NCBI GenBank assembly: GCA_963726395.1
Contig: CAVSCG010000032.1
Location: 26,777-90,776, forward strand
DNA length: 64,000 bases
Direction: 5' to 3'
DNA from: an uncultured delta proteobacterium
GTDB taxonomy: Bacteria; Desulfobacterota; Syntrophia; Syntrophales; Smithellaceae
Shown here: piece after piece, positions 49,732-60,245 of the stretch
How positions within the stretch are numbered: position 1 is the stretch's first letter
Layout of the letters: every line of letters starts with the position of its first letter
Position numbers and translations under genes: made by a program
Notes under the pieces: generated by a model
What the model was told of the DNA's origin: nothing
What the model saw: the letters and a program-made list of their open reading frames with translations, nothing else
The model's database searches: none

Positions 49732-50613
49732 TCATTTTACCAGCCGGGAAAACGCTTCTTCATATTTTGCCTTTGTTTTTTTGATAATGTCCGGCGGTAA
49801 TTCGGGCGCAGGCGGTTTCTGGTTCCAATGAATGGAGAGCAGATAATCACGCAAAAACTGCTTATCAAAACTTCTTTGCGCCCGGCCTTCTTCGTATTCA
49901 TCAGCCGGCCAGAAGCGGGATGAATCGGGTGTCAGTAATTCATCGATCAGAATCAATTCTTTACCGATCAAGCCGAACTCCATTTTTGTGTCGGCGATGA
50001 TTATGCCGGCTTTTAAAGCGATGGATGCCGCCCGCTCATAAATGGCCAGGGACTTTTTGATGACTTTTTCCGTGAGTTCAGCCCCGATAATATCTTTCAT
50101 TTCGGAACGGGTGATCGGCGAGTCGTGATCGCCTTCCGGCGCTTTGGTTGTCGGTGTAAAAAGTGTTTGAGGCAGTTTACAGGATTCCTTCAACCCCTCC
50201 GGCAGTTTGATGCCGGAAATGGATTGGCTGTGGCGATAATCATTCCAGCCGGAGCCGGACAGATAACCTCGCACGATACATTCCACCGGCAGTGGCGTCG
50301 CTTTTTTGACCAGCATGCTGCGGCCTTCCAGGCTTTCGAAGTAAGGCGCACACTCCGGGGGAAAATCAATCGCGTCCGTTGATAGAATGTGGTTACCGAT
50401 AATATCTTCCATCTGTTTAAACCAGAAGGCGGACATTTTGTTGAGAATCAAGCCTTTGCCCGGGATCGGATTGGGCATAATCACATCGAAGGCCGAAATC
50501 CGGTCAGTGGCCACAAGGAGCAAATGATCTTTCACGGCATAAAGGTCGCGTACTTTGCCGCGATTGAGGAATTTTAGTTTCGGGAAATTTGTCTGTGAAA
50601 TGCTTTTTGTCAT
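49732..50613 (-). CDS. purC: Phosphoribosylaminoimidazole-succinocarboxamide synthase
   Basis: [25 protein letters not shown]-like [18 protein letters not shown]. Confidence 0.95.
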   Translation of the reverse strand: MTKSISQTNFPKLKFLNRGKVRDLYAVKDHLLLVATDRISAFDVIMPNPIPGKGLILNKMSAFWFKQMEDIIGNHILSTDAIDFPPECAPYFESLEGRSMLVKKATPLPVECIVRGYLSGSGWNDYRHSQSISGIKLPEGLKESCKLPQTLFTPTTKAPEGDHDSPITRSEMKDIIGAELTEKVIKKSLAIYERAASIALKAGIIIADTKMEFGLIGKELILIDELLTPDSSRFWPADEYEEGRAQRSFDKQFLRDYLLSIHWNQKPPAPELPPDIIKKTKAKYEEAFSRLVK

Positions 50614-50628
50614 AGCTTATCTGCTCCT

Positions 50629-51258
50629 TTAGCGAACTGAGGGGTTGTACTTTTTTTCGTGGCCGATGGTGGACGTCGGCGTCCGGCCGTAATTGTGGCC
50701 GGGCATGACTTTTGTTTCATCCGGCAGTGCAAAAAGCTTTGTCTTGATCGCGTTGTACATGATTTGCCAGGAACCGCCGGGTAAATCCGTGCGGCCGACG
50801 GCTTCCACAAACAGCGTGTCTCCAGTGAAAACGTAACCGGGCGCGTAAAGACACATGCCTCCGGGAGAGTGGCCGGGGGTATGGATGACTTTCAGTTCAA
50901 CATTTCCCACCGCGATGATCTGGCCGTCCTGAACCAGAAGATCGGGAGGCGGCGATTGTTTCGCGCCGAACATTTTGAGCATCATCGCCGGCGTAGATGT
51001 GAGCATGATGGCGTCGTCTTCATGCACAATGATTTTAGCGCCGGTGAGTTTTTTCATTTCCGCATTGCCGCCGATATGATCCACATGGCCGTGCGTGTTG
51101 ACGATGTAGTTGATGCGTAAGTTGTTTTTTGCAGCCATGGCGAGAATCTCATGAGCATTATCGGCCGGATCAATGACCAGTGCGTCGCCGGTGACGGTAT
51201 CCCCGACAAGATAAGCGAAAACAGCCATCTGGCCGACCTGTATCTGTTGAATGAACAT
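50629..51258 (-). CDS. MBL-fold metallo-hydrolase (glyoxalase II-like)
   Basis: NTHGHVDHIGG (HxHxDH), HTPGHSPGG, GDTLF. Confidence 0.85.
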   Translation of the reverse strand: MFIQQIQVGQMAVFAYLVGDTVTGDALVIDPADNAHEILAMAAKNNLRINYIVNTHGHVDHIGGNAEMKKLTGAKIIVHEDDAIMLTSTPAMMLKMFGAKQSPPPDLLVQDGQIIAVGNVELKVIHTPGHSPGGMCLYAPGYVFTGDTLFVEAVGRTDLPGGSWQIMYNAIKTKLFALPDETKVMPGHNYGRTPTSTIGHEKKYNPSVR

Positions 51259-51318
51259 AACTACTCCTTAAAAAAACATGGGAGCGTACGCTAGCATTTT
51301 TTTATTTCATTCGTCAAT

Positions 51319-52666
51319 TTAAATCCGGCGCCGCAGCATAGCCCCAAAGAACCCATCCATGTTGTGACGGTGAGGGTAAGTCCTGAAAAAACCACGGCTA
51401 TCAATCAGGTTGCCTAAAATTGTCTCAGCAGGTGTCCAAACGATAAATTGGGGATTGTCCGCCAAAAAATGACGGATTACTTCATCATTTTCCGCAGGTA
51501 GGACGGAGCAGGTGCAATAAATCAAGTAACCACCCTTTTTAACGGCATTGGAAGCATTGCGCAATATTATTTTCTGGGTTTTCAATAAAGCATGCAGGTC
51601 AGTGGCAGTGAGACGCCACTTGATTTCCGGATTGCGTCGAAGCGTGCCGGTTCCGGAACAGGGCGCATCCACCAGAACATGATCAAATTTTTCAGCAAAC
51701 TCGGCGGGTAGTGGATGGCTTAAATCAGCTTGCATGGATTCGATGATGGAAACTCTCATTCTTAACGCCTCTTTTTTCAATTGCGCGATTTTTTCTGCGT
51801 CGCGATCCATAGCTACAATCCAGCCTTTGTTTTTCATGAGGGCCGCCAAGTAAGTAGTTTTACCGCCGGAACCTGCGCAGACATCTAGGACACTTCCACT
51901 GCTTTGTGGACTGACCAGATGAGAAATCAGCTGGGCCGCCTCGTCCTGAAGACGTAAAAGGCCCTCGTTAAAGAAAATAGTTCTTTGAATGGGTCGGGGA
52001 GGGTCGAGAAGGTTGATTCCGTGAGGCGAAAACTGCGTCGGCGTGCAATTGAAGTCTGTCCGCTTTAAGCTTTTCTTCCAATGCTTCCCGGGAGATTTTC
52101 AATGTGTTGATGCGGAGAGTCAGAGGCGGCAATTCATTATTGGCTTTACATAACGCTAATGTTTCTTCTTTATCGAAAATATTGAGCCACATTTTAGCAA
52201 GCCACAGCGGATGGGAATAAAACGCTGCAATATGTTCAGCCGGATTTTTTTCAAAACAGGGAAAGGAAATTTTGTCGGTGTTACGCAAATAGCTTCTCAA
52301 AACGGCGTTAATCAATCCACTGGCAGCCGGATTAGTCTTTTTGGCAATCTTGACCGCTTCATCCACCACGGCAAAGTCCGGCAGACGGTCGCTGAATTTA
52401 AGCTGATACAACCCGGTGCGTAAGATGGTTTTGACGTCTTGATCCATTCTGGAATAATCTCCGCTATAGAGTTGGGAAAGTATCCAGTCCAGATGACCCT
52501 GAAGACGCAGGACGCCATAAACCAGATGTGTTAGCAGTCGCCCGTCTGCCATGCCGGAAAGATTTTGTTCGTCCAGGCAGACATCCAGCAAATCCCCGGC
52601 AAAAGCCTTGCTTTGTGAAACGTCATTTAAAATGTCCACTGCCTGATGGCGAATTGTTTTTTTCAT
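51319..52666 (-). pseudogene. rsmB: 16S rRNA (cytosine967-C5)-methyltransferase RsmB, one frameshift
   Basis: ORF 51968..52666 is the NusB-like N-domain. ORF 51319..51849 extends upstream in frame as PHGINLLDPPRPIQRTIFFNEGLLRLQDEAAQLISHLV...VLDVCAGSGGKTTYLAAL. Also DAPCSGTG and YCTCS. The shift is in the A4 run at 52029-52032. Confidence 0.9.
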
Positions 52667-52699
52667 GATTTAGAAAAAATGACAGGGGGACTTGTTTTA

Positions 52700-53266
52700 T
52701 CAGGGTATCGGCCGCGGACCATCGCAAAAAAATCGCTGAATAGACTTCATGTCGCAATCCAGATCACCCGTCGGATAGATAAGCGGGCCTGCCCCTCCCG
52801 TTTTTTTTGCATAATCGAGAAATGCAAGCTGAATAGGAACATGGGCGCTTACTGCGATATGATAAAATCCTGACTTCCAGCCATCTGTTTTGTGACGGGT
52901 GCCTTCAGGAGCAAGCGCAAGAACAAAAATTTTACTTTCATTAAATGTGCATATCATTTGATCTACTATATTGCTTGACAATGTCCTGTCAATCGGCAAG
53001 CCTCCCAACCATTTCATCAGCGAAGAGAAAGGCCGGCGGAACAATTCTTTTTTTGCAATAAAGCGGACATCCAATTTAAATGCAAAGGCCATTAAAATAC
53101 CATAGAATAAATCCCAGTTGGATGTATGCGGCGCAAAAATGATAATATATTTTGCTTCTTTGGGTAACCGACCGGTTTTTTTCCAGCTGAGTATTTTTAA
53201 AATAAGTAGAGAGATACCCATTAATAAAGATTTTAAAATTGGTGTATTAAATATAGTATAATACAT
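52700..53266 (-). CDS. 1-acyl-sn-glycerol-3-phosphate acyltransferase family protein (PlsC-like)
   Basis: HTSNWD (HX4D) and APEGTR motifs. ATG 53266 chosen because the longer ORF start would overlap fmt by 53 nt. Confidence 0.75.
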   Translation of the reverse strand: MYYTIFNTPILKSLLMGISLLILKILSWKKTGRLPKEAKYIIIFAPHTSNWDLFYGILMAFAFKLDVRFIAKKELFRRPFSSLMKWLGGLPIDRTLSSNIVDQMICTFNESKIFVLALAPEGTRHKTDGWKSGFYHIAVSAHVPIQLAFLDYAKKTGGAGPLIYPTGDLDCDMKSIQRFFCDGPRPIP

Positions 53267-53273
53267 CGCATTG

Positions 53274-54212
53274 CTATCCCAAAATATTCCCCGGTGGCAG
53301 ACGATAGCCGCGTAGAAAGTCGGCAATCGGCATTCTTTTCTTTCCGGTGAGCTGGACGTCTTTTAAAACGACATAACCATCGGATGCCGCCACGGGTAGG
53401 CCTGATGCGCTAGAAACGCCGATGGTGCCAGGTTGCTGGATGATTGCCGCAGTCAGAGGGGAAGCGGTAAATATTTTGAGAGGCTGGCCGTCCAAAAATG
53501 TATAGGCCGCAGGCGTGGGGCTCAGCCCGCGGATGAGATTGACGATATTCGTAGCGCTTTCGTGCCAGTTGATTTGGCCTGTTTCCTTGACGAGTCGGGG
53601 GGCAAACGTCACACCGGCTTTATCCTGCTGTTGTCTGGATGCTTTGCCGTTAACCACCCGCTCGATGGTTTTGATAAGCAGGGTCGCCCCTTGTTTTGCC
53701 AGGCGGTCATGCAGTTCACCGTACGTCTCTGTAGCCACTAGCGGTGTTTCTTCCTGCGTCAGGATATCCCCGGAATCCATTCCCTCATCCATCAGCATAA
53801 TTGTTACGCCGGTTTTGGTCTCACCACGGATGATGCTCCAGTTGATTGGCGCTGCGCCACGGTATCTGGGCAAAAGCGACGGGTGGATGTTCAGGCAGCC
53901 GAAGCGGGGAAAATCAAGGATCGCTTTTGGTAAAATCTGACCGAAAGCCGCTACAACCACCATGTCGGGTTTGAACTGAGCAAACGTTTCCAGAAAAGAC
54001 GGGTCTTTCACTTTCAGGGGCTGCAAAACCGGTAAACCGAATTGTTGCGCCAGAAGCTTCACCGGCGGGGCTAGCTCTTTTTGTCCCCGTCCCGCGGGAC
54101 GGTCCGGCTGTGTGACCACCGCCATGATCGGGTAGCGGTTATTATACAGCATTTCCATGGCGGGCAGGGCGAAAGCCGGCGTGCCCATGAAGAGAATACG
54201 TGGTTTGGTCAT
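53274..54212 (-). CDS. fmt: Methionyl-tRNA formyltransferase
   Basis: ILFMGTPAFA, VVTQPDRPAGRG, NIHPSLLPRYRGAAPI, and a C-terminal domain. Confidence 0.95.
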   Translation of the reverse strand: MTKPRILFMGTPAFALPAMEMLYNNRYPIMAVVTQPDRPAGRGQKELAPPVKLLAQQFGLPVLQPLKVKDPSFLETFAQFKPDMVVVAAFGQILPKAILDFPRFGCLNIHPSLLPRYRGAAPINWSIIRGETKTGVTIMLMDEGMDSGDILTQEETPLVATETYGELHDRLAKQGATLLIKTIERVVNGKASRQQQDKAGVTFAPRLVKETGQINWHESATNIVNLIRGLSPTPAAYTFLDGQPLKIFTASPLTAAIIQQPGTIGVSSASGLPVAASDGYVVLKDVQLTGKKRMPIADFLRGYRLPPGNILG

Positions 54213-54314
54213 CCTGTTACGTCCTTGTCAGTTTTCGTAACCTATATGGAATTAAAAAGAATGTGTCAAGAATTACCCGTGACTGGTGGTTTTGTAACAA
54301 ATTCCTAAATCCTA

Positions 54315-54343
54315 TTGTCAATTTCCATTTCATGCTTTATATT
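54315..54343 (+). promoter_or_regulatory. Candidate sigma70 promoter for the tandem paralog pair
   Basis: TTGTCA (54315-54320), 17-nt spacer, TATATT (54338-54343), in an AT-rich region. Confidence 0.4.
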
Positions 54344-54395
54344 ATTATAAAAGATTATCTTTCTAGGCAATTATCAAACGGAAAGGAGATAAAGC

Positions 54396-54854
54396 ATGAA
54401 GACGTACGCCATTAAATATGTGGAATTAGCCGAACAGCATGCGGAGAAGATGGCCAAACGATGGGCAATGGATGTGCAAAACAATGTCCGAACAAAAAAA
54501 TATAAGGAGCTGGATGAAGAGAGGATCATCAATCAAGGCATAAAATTTTATCAGAATTTCAGTAAAATGTATGCCGATGAAAAAATCGGTGACAGCGCAT
54601 TAAAATATTTTCGCACTTACACTCAGGAAAGTTTCGCCATGGGAATTCCCATGGATGAGGCGGTATACGGACTTATTCTCTTGAGAAGGCATATCTGGTT
54701 ATATGCCGAATTCCAGACGATCTTCAGCGCTGGCATCGACCAGCGGCAGGCCCTGGACACCTTGAGTCGCACGATCCTACTCTTTGATTATGCTGTCTAT
54801 GAGGTAACCAAGGAATATCAGGAGTTGATGAAAAAGGAAAAAGGCAAGAAATAA
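54396..54854 (+). CDS. Hypothetical helical protein, paralog A (possible RsbR-N / sensor-globin-like fold)
   Basis: 152 aa. SD GGAGA upstream. Shares W-A-DV, IKFY and RRHxWLYAEFQxIF...AVYExT..YQ blocks with paralog B. Confidence 0.6.
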   Translation: MKTYAIKYVELAEQHAEKMAKRWAMDVQNNVRTKKYKELDEERIINQGIKFYQNFSKMYADEKIGDSALKYFRTYTQESFAMGIPMDEAVYGLILLRRHIWLYAEFQTIFSAGIDQRQALDTLSRTILLFDYAVYEVTKEYQELMKKEKGKK

Positions 54855-54900
54855 TTTTCGTTTCCCTATTCGCTAAGCATTCGAGAAAGGAGCAAAAAAT

Positions 54901-55356
54901 ATGGCAGAGTCGATTAAGCTGTTGGACGTACTGGAAGCCAACATTGATGAAATAGCGGGACATTGGGCAGCCGATGTAAAGAAAAACAAGAGAACGGTTC
55001 ATTATAAGGATATTTCCGATGAAAAGCTGGTGCTGCAGGCTATTAAATTTTACAGCCAGTTGAGAAACATGCTGGTTGCTCCCAATCGTTATGAAAAAGC
55101 GCAGGAGTTTTTCATGCATTACGCGAGAACATGTTACGAAAGCGATATTCCGCTGCATGAATCCATTTATGCCTTAAACATGATGCGCCGCCATATGTGG
55201 CTCTATGCGGAATTTCAGGCGATTTTTATCAACGCCATCGAGCATAATCAGGCGATCGACTCCGTGATGCGCATCATGCTTTTGATCGACCATGCCGTCT
55301 ACGAAATAACACAATATTATCAGGATCGTATCCGGTTGGAAACTTGTCGGGCTTAA
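54901..55356 (+). CDS. Hypothetical helical protein, paralog B
   Basis: 151 aa. SD AAAGGAG upstream. By eye, about one third of positions are identical to paralog A over the full length. Confidence 0.6.
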   Translation: MAESIKLLDVLEANIDEIAGHWAADVKKNKRTVHYKDISDEKLVLQAIKFYSQLRNMLVAPNRYEKAQEFFMHYARTCYESDIPLHESIYALNMMRRHMWLYAEFQAIFINAIEHNQAIDSVMRIMLLIDHAVYEITQYYQDRIRLETCRA

Positions 55357-55381
55357 AGTAAAATAACTTCGTAATGGATCG

Positions 55382-55416
55382 AAAACGGCAGCGGGTTATA
55401 CCTGCTGCCGTTTTTA
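55382..55416 (+). terminator. Rho-independent terminator after paralog B
   Basis: 11-bp perfect stem AAAACGGCAGC (55382-55392) / GCTGCCGTTTT (55404-55414), running into a T tract. Confidence 0.7.
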
Positions 55417-55492
55417 TGTATGGTGTTCACGGATGCAGATGATAGTGTTCGAACAGGCAGGTACATAGCATTTTAGAGCAAATTAAAAATAA

Positions 55493-56657
55493 ATGGTCAC
55501 TTTTACCGCGCGACTTTAAGCTGTTTCTCGCCGCTACATTCGTTTTTGGCTTTTCGCAGAGCCTTGTCGATTCCACCTTTAATAATTTTCTTAACGAGAC
55601 ATTTTTTATCAGTGACTGGCAACGGGGATTCCTGGAATTACCCCGGGAGCTACCTGGATTCCTGGTTATATTTTTTGCCGCGCTTTTCTTTTTTCTGTGT
55701 TCCCGTAGGCTTGCTTTTCTTGCCAATCTGCTGTGCGCTGTCGGCATCTTGCTTGATCGGTTTTGGATCGCCCGGCTTTTCCATCATGCTGGTGTGGTTG
55801 TTTATCTTCAGTATCGGCCAGCATTTATTCATCCCGCTCAACCAGAGTATTGGTATGGAACTGGCTCACAAAGGCCAAAAGGGCAGAAGGCTTGGGACAG
55901 TTTACCGCCGTGGCGAATCTGGCGATGATTCTCGGCAGCTTTCTATTTTTCTGGGATTTAAATTCTTTAAATATCACTTTTCAAATGTCATACGCCGTCG
56001 CTTTTTTGGGATTTCTGACCGTTGCTGTGTTTTTATATCGCATGCAGAAAGATAAGCCGTATGCCGCCAGGACAAAATTTCAACTGCGCAAGGAATACAG
56101 GCTTTTTTACTGGCTCAATATTTTATATGGAACGCGCAAGCAGATATTTCTAACATTTGCGCCGTGGGTGTTGGTAACGGTCTTTCGGCAAAAGACACAG
56201 ATGCTGGCGACGCTTTTGATGCTCGGCGGCATAATTGGCATTTTTTTTAAACCGATGCTGGGGCGGGCTATTGATAAGCTCGGCGAGACGATTCATCCTC
56301 ACGTCGGAAGCGGTATTCCTTGTATTCGTCTGTATCGGTTATGGGTATTCCGAGGAGATGTTTTCAGAGACCGTGGCCTTGATGGTCACTTCCGCCTGTT
56401 TCATCGCTGATCAGCTTTTGCTATCGGTGGGCATGGCGCGGGCGACGTATCTCCAGAAAATTGCCGTTCGCCCCGAAGATGTCACTCAGACCCTGACGAT
56501 GGGTGTTACCATCGATCACATCTTCTCCATATCTGTTGCGCTTTTGGGCGGTTTCATCTGGGTAACCTGGGGCTACCAGTTTGTGTTTCTACTGGGTGCG
56601 GCCATTGCCGTTTTGAACTTCTTTTCGGCATTGAGAGTTAAAACAAATCCTACATGA
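55493..56657 (+). pseudogene. MFS transporter, at least four frameshifts
   Basis: The hydrophobic reading can be followed through four frames: ...FKLFLAATFVFGFSQSLVDSTFNNFL..., LIGFGSPGFSIMLVWLFIFSIGQHLFIPLNQSIGMELAHKGQKGRRLG, QFTAVANLAMILGSF...GRAIDKLGE, RFILTSEAVFLVFVCIGYG...ALRVKTNPT*. Shifts lie near 55508-55512, 55746-55756, 55897 and 56288. Confidence 0.7.
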
Positions 56658-59060
56658 AATTTTCCGGATCCACGTCCACAGTAATTTTCACGGTACTGGT
56701 ATCATGTTTCTCCAGAAGCTCGACGGCGATGGAATGCAAAATTTTAGTGTCGCAACCTTTAATTAACATCTGCTGGCGGTGTTCTCCCCGAATCTTGGCC
56801 AGCGGCGATTCCGACGGGCCGATGATTTCCACCGTGTTGCCATAACGCGCAATAAGTTTTCTGGCCTGTCTGCCGACTTCCTGCGCCGTTTCCATTAAAG
56901 CGTCTTTTTTTACGGACGACAGGCGAAGATTGATGATGTATCCGAAAGGCGGGTACTGCAATGCTTTGCGAAATCCAATTTCTTCTTGATAAAAAGCTTT
57001 GTAATCATGAGTGCGAGTGTGCTGTAGGGCATAGTGCTGGGGATTAAAGGTCTGGATGATGACGCAGCCTGTCGCGTTCGCCACGTCCACCCCGTCCCGC
57101 CACCTGGGTGAGCATCTGGAATGTTTTCTCCGAGGCGCGGAAATCCGGCATGTTAAGCGATGTGTCCGCCGAGATAACGCCCACCAGCGTGATGGCGGGA
57201 AAGTCATGCCCTTTGGTGATCATCTGAGTTCCCAGCAGGATGTCGATTTCCTTTTGCGCAAGCGCGGAAAGAATTTTTTCCTGCGAGCCTTTCCGAGCCG
57301 TGGTGTCGGAATCCATCCGGCAGATGCGTGCCCTGGGAAACAGGGTTTCCAGTTCCTTTTCCAGCTTCTGCGTGCCCGCGCCGTAGTTGAGTATGCGGCT
57401 GCCCCGGCACTTGGGACAAAGCGGCATGGCTTTCTGCGTGTAGTCGCAGTAATGGCATTTGACGAGGTTTTCCGCCAGGTGGCTTTTCAGCGCAACAGCG
57501 CAGTTGGGACAGCGGAAATTATAGCCGCAGTCACCGCAAACCAGAAATGTGTCGAATCCCCGCTTGTTGAGAAAGAGCAGCGCCTGCTCTTTTCGGGACA
57601 GCGTTCCGTCAATAGCCGCAATAAGCGCGTCGGAAAGAATCGGGGCTTTGCCGTGCAGTTCCTTCTGTGCTTTCATGTCGATGATGTCGATTCGCGGCAG
57701 GGGTTTGTCATTCACCCTCTTTGTCAATTCCAGATGAGCGTATTTTTTTGTTTTGGCATTGTAGAAGGTACGCATGCCCGGTGTGGCTGATCCGAGAATA
57801 ACAGACGGCATTCGCAAACTTGGCTTTGACAACGGCCAGATCGCGGGCGTGGTAGCAGAGCCGGTCATCCTGCTTGTAGGAGGCGTCGTGTTCTTCATCA
57901 ACGATGATCAATTTCAAATCAGGCAGCGGGGCAAACAGCGCGGAGCGTGCGCCGATGACCAGGTTGATCCGGCCGCGCCGGATTTGCCGCCACTGGTCGT
58001 AACGGACGCTTTCGGCGATGCCGCTGTGAATGACGGCGATTTTATCGGGGTCAAACCGTCCGGTGATCCGGGAGATCAGCTGTGGGGTGAGAGCGATTTC
58101 GGGAACCAGATAGATGGCCGTGCCGCCGGTTTTCAAAACATGATCGATGGCGGAAAGATACACTTCCGTTTTTCCGCTGCCGGTGACGCCGTGCAGCAGG
58201 ACGGGGTGGAAAGCTGAATTGTCGGCAAAGCGGCAGATGTTTCTGAGCGCGTCTTTCTGTTCATCATTGAGTTCAAAATTCTGCCGGGGCGTCTCCAGGG
58301 AACTGTCCAGGGAGGCCTTACGAATGACTTCCGCGTCACTTACGGTCAGCAGGCCTTTTTCCAATAGCTTTTTCATGATGGCGGCAGTCGTGTTGGTCGC
58401 GGCCATCAGTTCACGAAGTTCCTTAGGGCCAGCGTTTTTCAGGTAATCGATGACTGTTTGCTGGCGCGATGTTAATCTTAAGGGATCAACAACGGAATCA
58501 TCCAGACTGATCATTTTTTGGGTACGGATGGAAAGCTGCTTTTTATCCCTGGCGACCATCCGAATGAACCCTGCGATCTGAAGACTGCGCACAACCGATG
58601 CCGCGTTTTTCAGGTCGGATTTTTTAATCAAATCATTCAATGAAAGTCCTCGTAGATGCTGATGGACGATGTCTATAATTTTTTTCTGGGTGGGCGTGGG
58701 CGTTGTATTTGCGGGATCGGGCGCGGAGATGACCCACTGGAAATCCTTCTTTTCCGATCCCGAGGGAATCAGCTCAGCCAGGGTCTTCCCCAGGGGGTAG
58801 ATGAAATAAGAGGTGATCCATTCGTAAAACTTCAGATCCTTTTCATCGAAAAGCGGTTCTTCGTCGAGGATTTGGCTGACCGGTTTGACGTCGGCAAGTA
58901 TGCAGTCAGACGACAGTGCGACAATAAATCCCGTGCGTTTTCTATGGCCAAAGGGAACAAAAACCCTCTTGCCGATTAAAGCCTTAGATTGTAGATTGGC
59001 CGGCACCGCATAGGTGAATAGTTTATCGACCGGGATATTGAGGGCGACATTTATATACAT
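56650..59060 (-). pseudogene. priA: Primosomal protein N' (PriA helicase), two frameshifts
   Basis: ORFs 57708..59060, 57044..57901 and 56650..57207. [27 protein letters not shown], Cys-rich zinc region (CGDCGYNFRCPNC...CHYC...CPKC), QVAGRGGR. Extra nt near 57801-57806 and near 57081. Confidence 0.9.
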
Positions 59061-59111
59061 AGAAACTGATTATCATCTTTGAACAAAAAAGGGAATCATT
59101 GGACGTACAAA

Positions 59112-59163
59112 AAATCCGGCAATAAAAAAGCCCCGCGGGCGGGGCTTTTTTATTGCCGGATTT
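59112..59163. terminator. 25-bp perfect inverted repeat; bidirectional terminator between dksA and priA
   Basis: AAATCCGGCAATAAAAAAGCCCCGC (59112-59136), then GG, then GCGGGGCTTTTTTATTGCCGGATTT (59139-59163). GC-rich core flanked by A6/T6 runs. Confidence 0.7.
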
Positions 59164-59168
59164 AACTT

Positions 59169-59550
59169 TTATTCACCTTTGAGTTTTTCGAGCTCTTCCT
59201 GTTTGGTTTTGCAATCAATGCACTCCGTGGTGACCGGTCTGGCCAACAGTCTTTTTTCGGAAATCGGCCCGCCACAGGCTTCACAAATACCGAACGTGCC
59301 GTCGTCAATTCTTTTGATGGCTTCCTGCATTTTCACGATTAATTTGCGTTCCCGGTCGCGGATGCGCAACTCAAAGTTCCGGTCGGATTCTAGTGACGCT
59401 CTGTCGTTAGGATCGGGATAATTTTCCTTGCCGTTGGTCATTTCCGTGACGGTTTTACCCGCTTCACTCAGGAGTTCATTGATTTTCTGGATGAGCAATT
59501 TACGGAATGACTTCCAGTTTTTCCGGCTTTAAAGTCGTTTGTTTTTCCAA
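59169..59550 (-). pseudogene. dksA: DksA/TraR-family C4 zinc-finger regulator, one frameshift near the 5' end
   Basis: CEACGGPISEKRLLARPVTTECIDC zinc finger plus a coiled-coil region. The upstream piece starts at TTG 59550, 8 nt after AAAGGAG (LEKQTTLKPEKLEVI). It joins RKLLIQKINELL if one of the two G at 59504-59505 is removed. Confidence 0.8.
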
Positions 59551-59695
59551 TGCGGCTACTCCTTTGTCTATAGATGTTGAGTTTGTCGCTCTTATTACCT
59601 AATGGGGTAATGTTTGTAAAGGAAAAAATTTAACTAGAAAAACTAAAAATATCAACATTTGTCCTTATCGAAAGAAGCATGGAACACTCCAATCA

Positions 59696-60182
59696 TCAGC
59701 TTCCGGAACAATAGACGGAAATAATTTTATCCACAATATTGGTGGTGGATTTGCCGGTTACTTCCGGAATAATTGTAACATGTCCGCCCCATTTTTTTAT
59801 TTCATCTCGGCCGACAACTTTGTCTTCCGGCCAATCGCCGCCTTTGATCAGGATGTCCGGTTTAAGGTAACAAATTAACTCCAGCGGTGTTAATTCCATG
59901 AAATATCGTAACAAAATCAATGCATTCCAGTGCGGCGAGTACTTCTGCTCTTTCTTCTTCGGAAACGAGCGGTCTTTTTAAGCCCTTGATAGCCTGCACG
60001 GAAGCGTCACTGTTGAGTGCCAGAACCAAGATATCGGCTGTTTTTTTCGCTTCCTTTAAATAGCGGACATGGCCCACATGCAGAATATCAAAACAGCCAT
60101 TGGTGAAGGCAATTTTTTTCCCTTCTTTGCGAAGCGCTTCAAGTTTGTCTTTCAGGGTTTTTCTGTCGAGGATCTTATGCAT
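59696..60182 (-). pseudogene. D-beta-D-heptose 1-phosphate adenylyltransferase-like cytidylyltransferase (RfaE domain II), one frameshift
   Basis: ORFs 59862..60182 (IAFTNGCFDILHVGHVRYL) and 59696..59920 (LKPDILIKGGDW...). The junction FVTIFH / ELTPLELI has one extra nt at 59896-59897. Confidence 0.8.
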
Positions 60183-60245
60183 GACGGCTCCTTTATAATC
60201 ATTCGTTTAGAATGTTTTGAGATAATGTGCTTTGGGCAGTGCCTG

